Part shown: positions 13,217-25,142 of the stretch, in pieces
Position numbering within the stretch: the first letter of the stretch is position 1
Layout of the letters: each line of letters starts with the position of its first letter
Assembly: GCA_021613535.1 (NCBI GenBank)
Contig: CP075496.1
Coordinates: 12,772,001-12,836,000, forward strand
DNA: 64,000 bases
Source of the DNA: Adineta vaga
Lineage: Eukaryota > Animalia > Rotifera
Direction: 5' to 3'
The notes under the pieces: generated by a model
The model's input: the letters and a program-made list of their open reading frames with translations, nothing else
The model's database searches: none
What the model was told of the DNA's origin: nothing
Made by a program: the position numbers and the translations under genes

Positions 13217-13453
13217 ACCTGAAGTTTTCTAAACATTCAAATAACAATATACCCTTTGCAGGCAAATTTAACACTGTGCTCCGAGAGCCCAAGCAACGCA
13301 ATATAATATGTAAGTCTTTTTTCTTTCTCTCTTGTTCTCTATCCTTCTCTCTTATTTTAATGATTATAATATATTAGAAAAACTATTTTACATTTATTTC
13401 TAGTGTGCTAGTTCACATTGTATTTGAATATCATTAATAAAGCAAGCATTATT

Positions 13454-14065
13454 ATGAACACTTATATCCCATTATGCTTTGTAGCACTGGTTGCTGTTAT
13501 CCAAAGTATGCCCACCATCGACGATGATTTGATCAATCATAATACTAGTCATTTCAAAAATATCAGTAGTAATTATGATGACAATTCGAATTCTTTCATC
13601 GAAAAATTTATTCAAGTTGAACAGCAACATGAAAGTAAAGTGTTACGGCATCTTCATCATCTTATTGATGGTAAAACATATCATATAAAAGCAGCCGGTG
13701 TTTCTTATCGACAACGTTTACGTGATTATCAATGTGTTGTCGAATATGATGGTAAATTTCTAACTGAAAATAGTGTTATACAACTTCGAAAGAAACTTTA
13801 TCGTGTGGAAAACTGTTTACTAGAACGAGTCTTTCATGCATGTGGTCCAAACTTATTATTAATGTTAAATGTTGTTTGTCGAGTTGTTGAGCAACAACAA
13901 ACAACAACACCAAGAACAATTAGTTATCGACAAACAGTGCCAACATCAAAAGCTTTTATTCATCGAATATCTCCACGAGCCAATAAAACTCCACGAGTAA
14001 TCACAGAATCCTGTTGTGAAAATCTATGTACAATCTCGGAATTAACGAGATATTGCCATCGATAA
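13454..14065 (+). CDS. Insulin/relaxin-like peptide precursor 2 with N-terminal extra domain
   Basis: Signal peptide MNTYIPLCFVALVAVIQS, B chain CGPNLLLMLNVVC (C-x11-C), A chain CCENLCTISELTRYC; single coding exon. Confidence 0.9.
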   Translation: MNTYIPLCFVALVAVIQSMPTIDDDLINHNTSHFKNISSNYDDNSNSFIEKFIQVEQQHESKVLRHLHHLIDGKTYHIKAAGVSYRQRLRDYQCVVEYDGKFLTENSVIQLRKKLYRVENCLLERVFHACGPNLLLMLNVVCRVVEQQQTTTPRTISYRQTVPTSKAFIHRISPRANKTPRVITESCCENLCTISELTRYCHR

Positions 14066-14073
14066 AGACAAAG

Positions 14074-14091
14074 ACACACACACACACACAC
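14074..14091. repeat. Short (CA)n microsatellite in ILP2 3' UTR
   Basis: acacaacacacacacaca directly visible. Confidence 0.7.
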
Positions 14092-15878
14092 TCATACATA
14101 TATATCTTTTGAACTAAGATGATTGTTGATCATTACATGTAACGCTTCGCTTAAAGGTCGCTGGGCGAATTGAATAAAAGAAGAAAAAAGAAAGAAACTA
14201 ACAAATATTGATTTAATAAAAATAATTGAAAACTATATAGAAAAAAATATCATAAAAATTTATAAATCAGTTCATTATTTTGTAAACATCGATCGAATGT
14301 CATGTATAGTTTAATGATGTTGATGATTAACTTTTATTTACTATTCATCATCAACAAAACTACAATTTATTTTTGTTAAGTATGTTGAATTTATTTAACT
14401 GAGGAACACTTTTCAACTATAACCTACTTGTTGTTGTCCAGTGAATTACTCAATGTTATTTTCAACCCCAACAATATATTAATTGATTATCGAAAGTGTT
14501 GAATGACTGTGTCGATGTGTGACTTGTTTAACAATATGACTAGAATATATATTGATGATTCAAAAGTGAACGAAGAAAGTTCGATGATCATATCTTGAAG
14601 CATTTTAGGAATAGAGTCATATCCGGATTGATATTACATACGCATTATAATCTAATGATAATTAATTTGAAGTTTTATGAAAGACTTGTGGTTTGATGTA
14701 TATAATTTCTCTGACGTATTTTCTCTTTATTATATATATATATATATGAGACATAGCTTAAAGTTTTGCTTTGAATATTTATTACGTCGGTGCTGAAAAA
14801 ATATTCTTAATAAAGAAAATCGAATTTCACTTTTAGGATAAATGTTTACTGCTCTATTTTTTATATGTTATTCATTGATTATTATCAACATAAAACGAAT
14901 AATTTAGAAATTTTCTCACAAATTAGAATGAGAAACGAATATTATCGTTACTTTTGTTTTTATTAATAAAACAAAGATATATTTAATAGAATTCTATAAA
15001 ATTTGCAAATCCACCTACCTAAAACTATTTCTTTTTCTTTCATTTCACTCATCTATAGGGATTGGAACACTTTTCCTAATGATATTTGAATAATATGTTT
15101 TTTTAACTAAATTCAATTTTAGTACGATGTTATTTATGTTTTAAACTATATAGGTTATGAGAAATGAAGAGAAAGTACAATTCTAGAACAACTATATGTC
15201 ATTTTAGTCATGAGGCGATAATGAATGAAGAATATGCCCATGAAGATTGAGTTTACAATAGCGAGTAAATCATCGACTTGGAAACGGCTATGAGTAGATA
15301 TTTGATCATTAAATTTATGTAATCAATTGTGTGCTCAATTACACTATTATTACGTTAGATTAATATCAATTCAAAATGCATTGAATTAAGATATTATATA
15401 TGATATATTTCTTCTAAATAGAATATTGAAATTTGAGAATCAAACATCGTAATGACACGTTCTACTGGCTGATCTGTAAAAAATGTCTACAAAAGTTTTC
15501 TATTTTTTTTTTTATTGTTGTTAATTGTTTTTCTTCCAGCTCATCTCTCGTGCATTGTGAACATTTCTTAAGAAAAACAAACAGATAAATGAAGAAAGAA
15601 AACAAACCAGGAAAACAGTACAATAAACCCAAATGAATGCAAAACACATAGAAGATAGAAAGCAGATATACAGGAAGTGAAATGAGAGTGTGACAAAAGA
15701 CGAAGAAAGAAAATTCACAGCGATGCTTGTATTGATTTTTTATCTCAAAATGATCTTTGATCGCCAAAACGCAGAATAACAAAATAGGATAAGTTCAAAA
15801 AGTTGAATTAACCAAATGAAAGGAGAAAAAATACATCATTCAAGGGAAACACATGATTGTATTTGTTTGTTTGTTTTT

Positions 15879-17261
15879 TTACATCAGTTTCAATCCTGTA
15901 CGTGTTCGTTTATAATAACGTTGTGCTAAAGAATTAATAATTGATGCAACAAAATACAGAATCATTCCAGCAACAAAAAAATTAAATAATCGAGTCAATA
16001 AAGATATTTTCTGCACATGACCAGCAAGATTTTCACCTGGTTTTCGATGCATTTTACCTTTTTGTTCATGTAACCAATCTTTAAATGGTGTCTGTAATAA
16101 TCGACCATAATGTGGAATATGTTTCATCCAACGAATAATTCGTTCAACATGATGTTCACTAAATAGAAAGATAATAAATACTGTTTGAATGCTCATTTTA
16201 ATCAAAGCTTTGCCAATAATTGTTGCAAAAAAAAATGTCCAAAATGAAATAAGAAAATAGCCACATGTAATGCCAGCTAAATCGAATAATGGATTTGGAA
16301 TGCTTGCACATAAAAGTATGCCTAAAAATCCGATTCGTTTGATTAAACGATAGATTAAATAACGAATACGTTCGAATAAAGTTAAATTTTTTACATTATG
16401 TGTTTCATCGGTTCTTAATAATTGTTCGAAATCAATTAATTCTTCATCATCATCAATATCTGTATTGCCTAAACGAGCAGCACGTGCCATAAAATAAGGT
16501 GGTAATTCACCAAAAGCTGTACCTAAACCCCAACAGAACGCTTCTAATTTAACTTTCCATAGAATTTTCCAAAACGATATTGGTCCTGTTTCTAATAGAT
16601 CAGTTAATATTGTTTCATTTGTATTCATTGACATTCGTGCCGTTGTTGTTGTACTAACACTTGATGGACAAACAATTTCATTTGGATAAGGTGGACGAGG
16701 AAATTTTATTGTTCCACATTCATAAGCTGCTAAGGTAACTTGAGCTATAAATGGACCAAGATAGAGAAGAAATGTATGTAAACCTGTTCCAAGACCGACA
16801 GATGATGCAATACCCAGACCAAACCAATATAATGCAGATAAAAGTAAACTTTCTACGAGTGCAATACTATTTTGATGTGAACCTTCGATATTATAAATCA
16901 GTAGGAAAGAGAGAAAGAATACAATTGATAGAGATAATGTTTTTTTATAGGATATTAAACGTTTGAAACTTAGATGAATAAGATAGATTAATTCGAGAAT
17001 ACAATAATGTATTGTACGTATAGGTTGTCTCCATAGAACGATCTTCGCTGTTTCATGACGTATCATTGCTTTTTGAGACTTCTTTTGAGGTTTGCTTTGC
17101 TCTTTCGTTTGAAGTTTTTCTGATGATGAATTTGATTTTCTAAATAATGAAAAAGATAAATGACGATTTTCGAGAAAAAAAAGCAATCTTTACAAATTTG
17201 AACTTATAGAAGATTTCTCTCGCTTTCCTTTTCGCTGACGATTTGATGATGACGAAGCCAT
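15879..17261 (-). CDS. VMP1: Vacuole membrane protein 1 (DedA/VTT scramblase)
   Basis: IVLWRQPI, GLGIASSVGLGTGLHTFLLYLGPFIA, GTAFGELPPYFMARAARL, CASIPNPLFDLAGITCG. Exon 1 is 17261-17194 and the intron 17193-17140. Confidence 0.97.
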
Positions 17262-17849
17262 TATTGGATGAGGTTCAAGACCTGCTTTGAAATTCATTCA
17301 TAAGGAACTATTTTTTTAAACAAAACTTATCATTTAACATTTCATTTATATCAAATCTATTAAGATAAAACAAATAATGCAAATCAAAAATGACACGTCT
17401 TCTTTTTCCCGTAAGACAAATTCGATTTAATGGACAGATAGAAATGTAAATAGCCAACTATTTTTTTTCGACAACAAACAATTTTCTGTATGGTTAATTG
17501 AATTCACCAATAAGATGTTCGATAGATATAATTTCGAAAAAAAAATTTTAGTTGATTTTTTTCAAGATATTTGAAATAAAATGAATCGTTTCAAAAACGA
17601 ATAATAAAATAGTCTTTGTTTGAAATATTCTCTATTGACATCTATCGATGAATAACAATGAAATAGTCGAGATGTCATAAATCATACATAGAATAGAATT
17701 ACTCATCAGCATTCTTCATTTTTTTTTATCTATTCATCAACGTCAGATTTCGTCTATGTCTACTACACCCAAAAAGATCCGAGCAATGATGCATAACGAA
17801 TGTTTTCGAAATCAATCGATTCATTCTAAACATAGAAACAGTATTAAAA

Positions 17850-18378
17850 ATGTCCATGAAATTTTCCATCAATACCGAAGATTTTTCATCACGATTTATC
17901 GTACTCGATAATGAAAGTTTAGAACGATATTCAGTTAAAAATGAAATGGATTCTGTGATGAGAAAACTTACCATATATGATTTAGGTAAATTATGTTTTT
18001 TGTTTTGACTTTCTTATAATTGGTTTTTTCATTCTAGCGGATAATGTTGTTTGTACAGTTGAAAAGAAATTTTTTACTCTACGACCAACATATGTGGTCT
18101 ATAATAGACATAATCAATTAGTTATTAATATACGTAAGAAATTGAATTTATTACGTCCAGTATTTACAATAACATCGGAACTTGATGAAGTCAAATTTCA
18201 TACAATTGGAGATTATTTTGGTGAAAATTTTTCTATTACAAGTAAAGATGAACAAGAAATTATTGCGAAAGTCGTACGTAAAAATGGCTATAAAATTGAA
18301 ATAATCGATTCGGAACATGATGTTCCTGCTTTGATTGCTATTGTCATCATAATACATCTATGTTGTCAATTACACTAA
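17850..18378 (+). CDS. LURP-one-related (LOR / tubby-C / scramblase-like) protein
   Basis: Two exons (intron 17986-18037). Repeated VEKKFFTLRPTYVVY / IRKKLNLLRPVFTI, GDYFGENFSI and C-terminal buried helix DVPALIAIVIII. Confidence 0.75.
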
Positions 18379-18442
18379 AGATGAATAAAGATTTGAAATT
18401 TTTTTAAAAATTTTTCAGCTTCTTTTCTTTTCTAGATAGAAT

Positions 18443-20240
18443 ATGTCACTTTCAGAAGAATCAATTAAGTATGGACGAGATTATGTTCAATCTTTACTTG
18501 AAAATCAATGTCGAATTCCGATTCGTTCGACAACACCAATTAGTTTTTATTATAAAACATCCGATAATTTAATTGATGAAGCTGATCATTATTATCGAAA
18601 TCAATTAATTGAACAAAGTTTTATTCTTTATTCACGATATATAACGTATGTCAAGGAAATTTGATTCATTTAAACATATGAAAGATTTTTTCTAGATTAT
18701 TTGTTGAAGATCTTAAATTACTACATCCGAGTTTTGCAACTGTTTCAGTCAATGATCGTGAACATATCAAAGATGTACGAGATTAATTTATTGTTTTTCT
18801 TTGTAAATAATATGTCTTTTCGTAGATTATTCGATCAAAAGCATTTCCACGTGCAGAAGAATTAAAAGCTAAATTACAGGATAAGTATGCACGAGACCAT
18901 GACGCTACATTGGTATGCATAGAGAAGCTAGATTTTATTAGTAAGAATTATTTTGTATTTAGAAAGCAATGCAAGAAGAAGAGAACGCGAAAATTTTGGC
19001 AGCAGCAGTGAATAGACCACCGACGAAGTAGAAAATACTGCAATTAATTAATCATCGAACTCGTTTTGTTTTCTAGTATTCATAAAGAAAATAAAGATGC
19101 ATTTCAACAACTCAGAACGAACTTTACCCCTACACCACCGGCACATGTGGCTCTATTTACCGTTCCAACAACAGATAATGCTTTATTACAAAATAGCAAA
19201 GAGCCCATAAAGTAATTCATCTTTTAATAATTCAATTCTTTCACTTAATATTATTAATTTAGACCTGCTTATGATCGTACACAAAAGCCAATATTAGGTT
19301 TGTTGATTTTATATTTATGTTCATCGATTTCTTCTATTGATCTTTTTCAAAACTAGCTTCAACAAACTCAAGTATGCCAATATTTCGTCGTATTGCAGTA
19401 CCTAATGACATTACACCAAAATTTCTTCAAGTTGCACAACGAAATACAGGTTTAGATCGATGATGTTCTATGAACTTTTTCTTTTGACTTTATTATTCAT
19501 AGAACGAAAAATTGAAACGTGTGGTATTCTTGCCGGTAGCAAGGTTTGTTATTTACACAAATAACTCTTCTCTTCATTCGTTTGATTCGACTTTCAGAAA
19601 GATAATCAATATGTCATAACTCATATTGTTGTACCAAAACAAAACGGTGGACCAGGTAACAACACAATCTTATTCAATTAAATATCTGTATCTTTAAATA
19701 TTTCCTCGATTAGATTCCTGTGATACGGAAAAAGAAGAAGAAATGGTAGAATATATCGCTAGCAATGATTTAATTACACTTGGTTGGATTCATGTATGTT
19801 CAATTCAAATTTCTTTATTTCATTTATTTCATTCCATTCTCTTTTAGACACATCCAACACAGACAGTTTTTCTATCGAGTGTTGATCTTCATACACATTT
19901 ACCATATCAAATGTTAATGCAAGAAGCCATTGCTATTGTTATTAGTCCAAAATATAATGAGTAAAATCTTTTGATTGAATAAACTTTTATTAATGATTTT
20001 ATATGGTTCTAGAACTGCAATATTTTCTCTTACATCAGATACAGGTATTCCGGTGCTTTCAACTTGTAAAAAAACCGGTTTTCATGAACATATTAATAAT
20101 CCTCCGTTATTTGTGGTAAGAATTTCATTGAAGTTCAAATGGATCATAGTTCTGCTTTTGTTTTTGTTTTGTTTTAGCCTGCATCTCATACAATATATGA
20201 TCCAGGTCTTCAATGTAAAATAATTGATCTACGAAATTAA
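18443..20240 (+). CDS. STAMBP: STAM-binding protein / AMSH JAMM deubiquitinase
   Basis: N-terminal MIT/USP8-dimer-like region ([27 protein letters not shown]), [20 protein letters not shown] and JAMM motif [22 protein letters not shown]. Confidence 0.95.
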
Positions 20241-20500
20241 TCAAATGACAAAGATTGAGAATGAAGATATGTGATTTATGTGAATTCTAAATAAGAGACA
20301 AAAGCAATTTAGCCTTCTGCTAATCTATTTTCTTTTCTATAGTTGAATATAAATATATAGATTGAATGACATCCATTTCGATTATTGTATTTTCTATTTT
20401 GTTAAACAGAATCTAATGATTAAAAAAAGTGAAATAAATTCTCAAAAAAAGATATTTTATTCTGAAAACTTCTAGATTTTTATCAACAAAAAAAAGAACT

Positions 20501-23500
20501 ATGGTTCGTTGTTCATTGAAACGTGCAATTAAAACAATAAGTTTCTGTTTGATTCTAATAATTTTCTATCTATTCTCTTCTAATCAATCAGATAAAACTC
20601 AAACTTTTGTTCAAGAAAAATCCTTAACGATTGTTATTCTTTCATTAACACGTTCGAAAACAATTCAACGAACTATTTTATTTCTAAATGAACTTCGACT
20701 AACTTACATTGAATATCGACGAATTGATGAAAATTTCTATGAAAATTTAAAAACCAATCTTCCAATATTAATTATTCTCAATTATTCACCAGATAAAAGC
20801 TTCTATTCATTTATTGAACAATATCAAATAAAACTATTGATATTACTCAATGAAAAATGTCGCGATTCTATGATTATTCCTTATTCCGAGATGCTATTTG
20901 AGAATGTTACATATCCAACTATAGATTTCAATCGGAATGATTTAAAACCAGTGATTCATACAACGATCAGTCCATTTCGAATTGTACAATCAAATAGAAT
21001 TATAAAACTTTTACGATTTGAAAATATTTTACCTTATTTTCATCATCAATACAATGAACGGAATAATAAATGTTTTGCATATCCAATAATTAATAATGAT
21101 TTAATCAATACAATTGTTTACATTCAGAAAAAACCATCATTTGAAAAACTTCATCTCATATTTGAATTGAACAATAAACATATCTATGTATCGGAATGTT
21201 TGTTTCATTATTGGTTTATTTGGCCATTAATGATGGATATTCTTCGATATTTAACTTCAAATGTATATGATTATCATGGATTAAAACGTTATATTCAAAT
21301 TGATATTGATGATATATTCCTAGGTGATAAATCTCATGGAAATTTTCTATCTGAAGATATTGATGCATTGATTCAATCTCAGTTATTTATTCAAAAATAT
21401 ATTGAAAATTTTCGTTATCGATTGGGATATTCGGGATATTATTATTCGAATTGGACGAATGAAGGAAATCGTTTATTAATGCGTAAATATTTTCTTTTGA
21501 CAAATAATTTTTAACATTTGAAGACATTTTTTTTCTAGAAGAAAAAGATCGATTTATTTGGTTTCATCATACATGGAAACATGATAAATTAACAAATATC
21601 AGTGATAAAATTTCATTGATCAATTCTACGAATACAAATCTTGCTTTTGCAAAAGTAAATACTTTTCAACAACTAATCTTTCAAACGTTGTGAAGATGAA
21701 AGAAATAATGATGAATATTGTTTTTCTTTTCGAAGAAATATAAATTACCATTGGATGTCAATTATGCTGTTGCGCCACATCATACAGGTATCTATCCAAT
21801 TAATGAGATTGTTTACAATGTTTGGCAACAAATAATGAATTTTAATGTGACAAGTACAGAGAATTATCCATATCATTACCAATTAGCAGCGAATCGTCGT
21901 GGATTTAAATATCAAGGTCTTTCTGTAAGATTTGATTCATTTTGAAGGATGAAAATTTTAAATGAAAGAATCGATTGAAGGTATTACCTCGACAATCATG
22001 TGCATTGTATACAACAACACGAAATTATACGACATATCCAAATGGTAGTCATCGTTTAGAACAATATTTAATGGGTGGAAGATTATTTCGAACGATTTTA
22101 ATCAATCCCGTAATTGATACAGATCGTCTTAATAAAAATCAATTGAAAATCTGTTTTTAGATTTCGATATTTATGTCGCATAATGTAAATTATGGTCATG
22201 ATCGTTTGGGTAATTATGTTTTTTCGAAACTTATTTATTTGATTTCAAAATGGACACGAATTCAATTTTCTCATGATCTATCAACATCTGCATTAGCTGA
22301 AAAGTATTTTCAAGAATTTTATCCTCAAGAACAAATGCCGATATTTACAGTAGATTGAAACAAAATTTCATTTGAAATTGAATCAAATCAATATTATTTA
22401 GAATCCATGTGTTGATCAAATATTAATGAGTCTTTGGAATGGAAATCGTTCCATGTGTAATACTTTTCCACAATTTATCATTATTGGTCCACAGAAAACA
22501 GGTTTTAAAACAACAAAATATATCATTGTCTTTACATCTTCGAATGAAAATTTTCGTTTGATTAGGTACAACAGCTTTGCATGCAATGCTTTCTCAACAT
22601 TCCGATTTGCGTTCATCACGAAAAAGTTCGAGTACTTATGAAGAATTACAATTTTTCAGTAATGATACAATCTATCTCAAAGGAATTAATTGGTAACTAA
22701 TCAAACTAAATAAGACCAATCTTTTATAAGTAATTATTTTCTTTTTAGGTATTTAAACCAATTTGATTCAGAAGAAACATCCATTAATTTCGAAAAATCT
22801 GCGACATATTTCGATTCACTTATATCGGTCCAACGTATAAAAGCATTACTACCCAATATACGTTTAATTATCATGTTAACGGAACCTGGCAATCGTGCTT
22901 ATTCACGATATCAAGTAAGATGGCAACAACAGACAAGGTTTTTTTTATATATCGAAATCAATTAATTACATATGGAATTTTTGAGGCGATGTCAAACAAT
23001 AGTTTTCTTTGTTGTAGACTGATTTATGAAGGTCAAGGTTATTTTGTCAGACAAGTGATAACTTTGTCTTGAGGACAAATTCTTTCAGCAAATGAGAAGA
23101 TCATAGTGGAGTCTAGTACTTTCTAATAATAGATAGAAAACTTGAGGGAAGAAATGTTTAACTATCTGGTCAACATCTGTCTTAACCTTCGGATCCTTTT
23201 TTTTTATTATAATTAACTTGTATCTGACAGTTATTTATCATTGAATAATCTATGAAAACAAATAGATAAATTCATGTTGTTTCTTCTTTTTCTAGCATGA
23301 AATTGCACGAAGAAATTCAACGAAAGATTTCGATTATCTAATGAGAACAAATCATAATAAAAATTCGTATGATTTTCATTTGAAACAACGTTGTCTTCAA
23401 CCAGGTCATTATGCTGAACATATTCATAATTGGTTAAAATATTTTTCATCAAAACAAGTAATTCTTCATTTTTTTATTCGGATTTAATTTTTATAGGAAA

Positions 23501-23889
23501 TTTTCATAGATTTATATTATTGATGGTGAAAAATTTCGTCATGATCCTCGTTCAATTCTCACTGATATTGAAGTATCATTTCTTCAACTTAAGAATCCTC
23601 GAAAAGCTTCGCAATTAGTCAGGTGATTTTCTTTGTTTAATGCCGAATAAAATCTAATGTTTGTTTATTTCGTAGATATAATAAGAAAAAAGCTTTTTTT
23701 TGTCCAATCACTAGTGAACATCGTTTTCGATGTCTTGGAAATAGTAAAGGTCGTCAATATAAACCCATGTCATTCATATCACGTGAATATTTAACAAATT
23801 ATTATTTATCTCATAATGAAAATTTAATTAAACTTCTCAAATCTTATAACTATTCTTTACCATCATGGTTGTCAAATAATTCTCAATGA
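20501..23889 (+). CDS. NDST: Heparan sulfate N-deacetylase/N-sulfotransferase-like, divergent N-terminal half
   Basis: Type II TM anchor; deacetylase IQIDIDDIF, WFHHTWKH, YAVAPHH, TSTENYP, VLPRQ, MSH..NYGHDRLG; sulfotransferase IIGPQKTGTTAL, EELQFF, FEKSATYF, RAYSRYQH, CLGNSKGR. Confidence 0.93.
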
Positions 23890-23911
23890 AATATTTTTTT
23901 GTTTCTTTCAG

Positions 23912-25142
23912 ATGAATTTCTTTTTAAAAAATTCTTCTCGAATGATTTTTAATCCAATAAAAATCTCTTCAAGATTCTTCTCATTATCTCATCTTACGCG
24001 CAGTGCAGAAGGTCGAATGGGTTATCCAAATGAACGATATGAACCAACAACAATAGCAGCATTAGATCAAGATGATCAACGTTTACCTTTAATAAGTGGT
24101 TTATATGATGATGGATTTATGATCGCAGAAAAAGATCGAATTGTTGGAGCAATTTTTTCTTTTCCTCGACAAATTATTTGTTGGAATGTAAGTTATTTAT
24201 GATATCACATACTTTTTCTTTGATAAGAGATTAAACAACATTTTTTTCTATGTCCTGAATTCTATATTTAAATCCAAAGATATTGTAGTTATTTCAGTTT
24301 CTTGTCTGATGGAAACATGTCAATTAAATTGACGTGATAACGAAGAAAATGAGAAAGTATTTGACATGATGTCAGTTTGAATTCAACATGCTCTATTCTA
24401 TTGTTGATTGATGATACAAAATAATGTCAATGTGCTCTTAGTACTTCTTTCTTAAGTCATAGGCCTTTCATTCATACATAACAAATTGTTTTTTTCATTT
24501 AGGTTTTCTCACCTGAACAAATAACACCCGAATCTTTAGCCGTACTTGAAGTTGTTCAACCTCGTCCAGGTAAAACTTTTCTCTTTCGATCATAGATCAT
24601 GTATGAATGTTCTTTAGAAATCTTTATTTTGGGTATTGGTTCTCGTCAGAATAAAATTCCTCCTAAAACACTTCAATTTATTCGTTCATTAAAAATTGGT
24701 TTTGAAATTTTACCAACAGTAAGTTGCAAATCTTTTCTTTTCTTGAATGTAAAAGATTTCAATTGTTTAGACACAAGCTTGTGAAACATTCAATTTTCTA
24801 CTTTCGGACAATCGTCTTGTTTACGGTGGATTTCTTCCACAAAATGATCTTGTTGATCAAAGTTATGGTCTAAGAAAAGCTCTTGCACATAGTCAATTAT
24901 ATGAAAAAGATGAAGAATATATTAAAACCGATATGTTAAGAGATCACTATGATATATTGTTAAAAGCTCATCGAGAACGAAAATTATTGCAACCCTATTC
25001 ACCATTAGATAAAAGTCGATCTACTGAACAAGAAGCGAATGTTAATCATACTGATATACAATCATTAACTGGAACGAGTGAAATGGAAAAACGTCCTCCA
25101 ATCAAAAAAGAAAATGACGAACGAACAGATAATCGAAATTAA
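23912..25142 (+). CDS. NDUFAF3: Complex I assembly factor NDUFAF3-like (Mth938 domain) with mitochondrial presequence
   Basis: GFMI..RIVGAIFSFPRQIICWNV..EQITPESLAVLEVVQPRPEIFILGIG..GFEILPTTQACETFNFLLSDNR across four exons; Arg/Ser-rich N-terminus. Confidence 0.85.

Noticed and set aside
22915-23296. Long NDST intron with imperfect inverted repeats (GAAGGTCAAG/CTTAACCTTC; TGTCAGACAAG/CTTGTATCTGACA) as a possible MITE
   Set aside because: Repeats are interleaved rather than nested; no target-site duplication or second copy seen.
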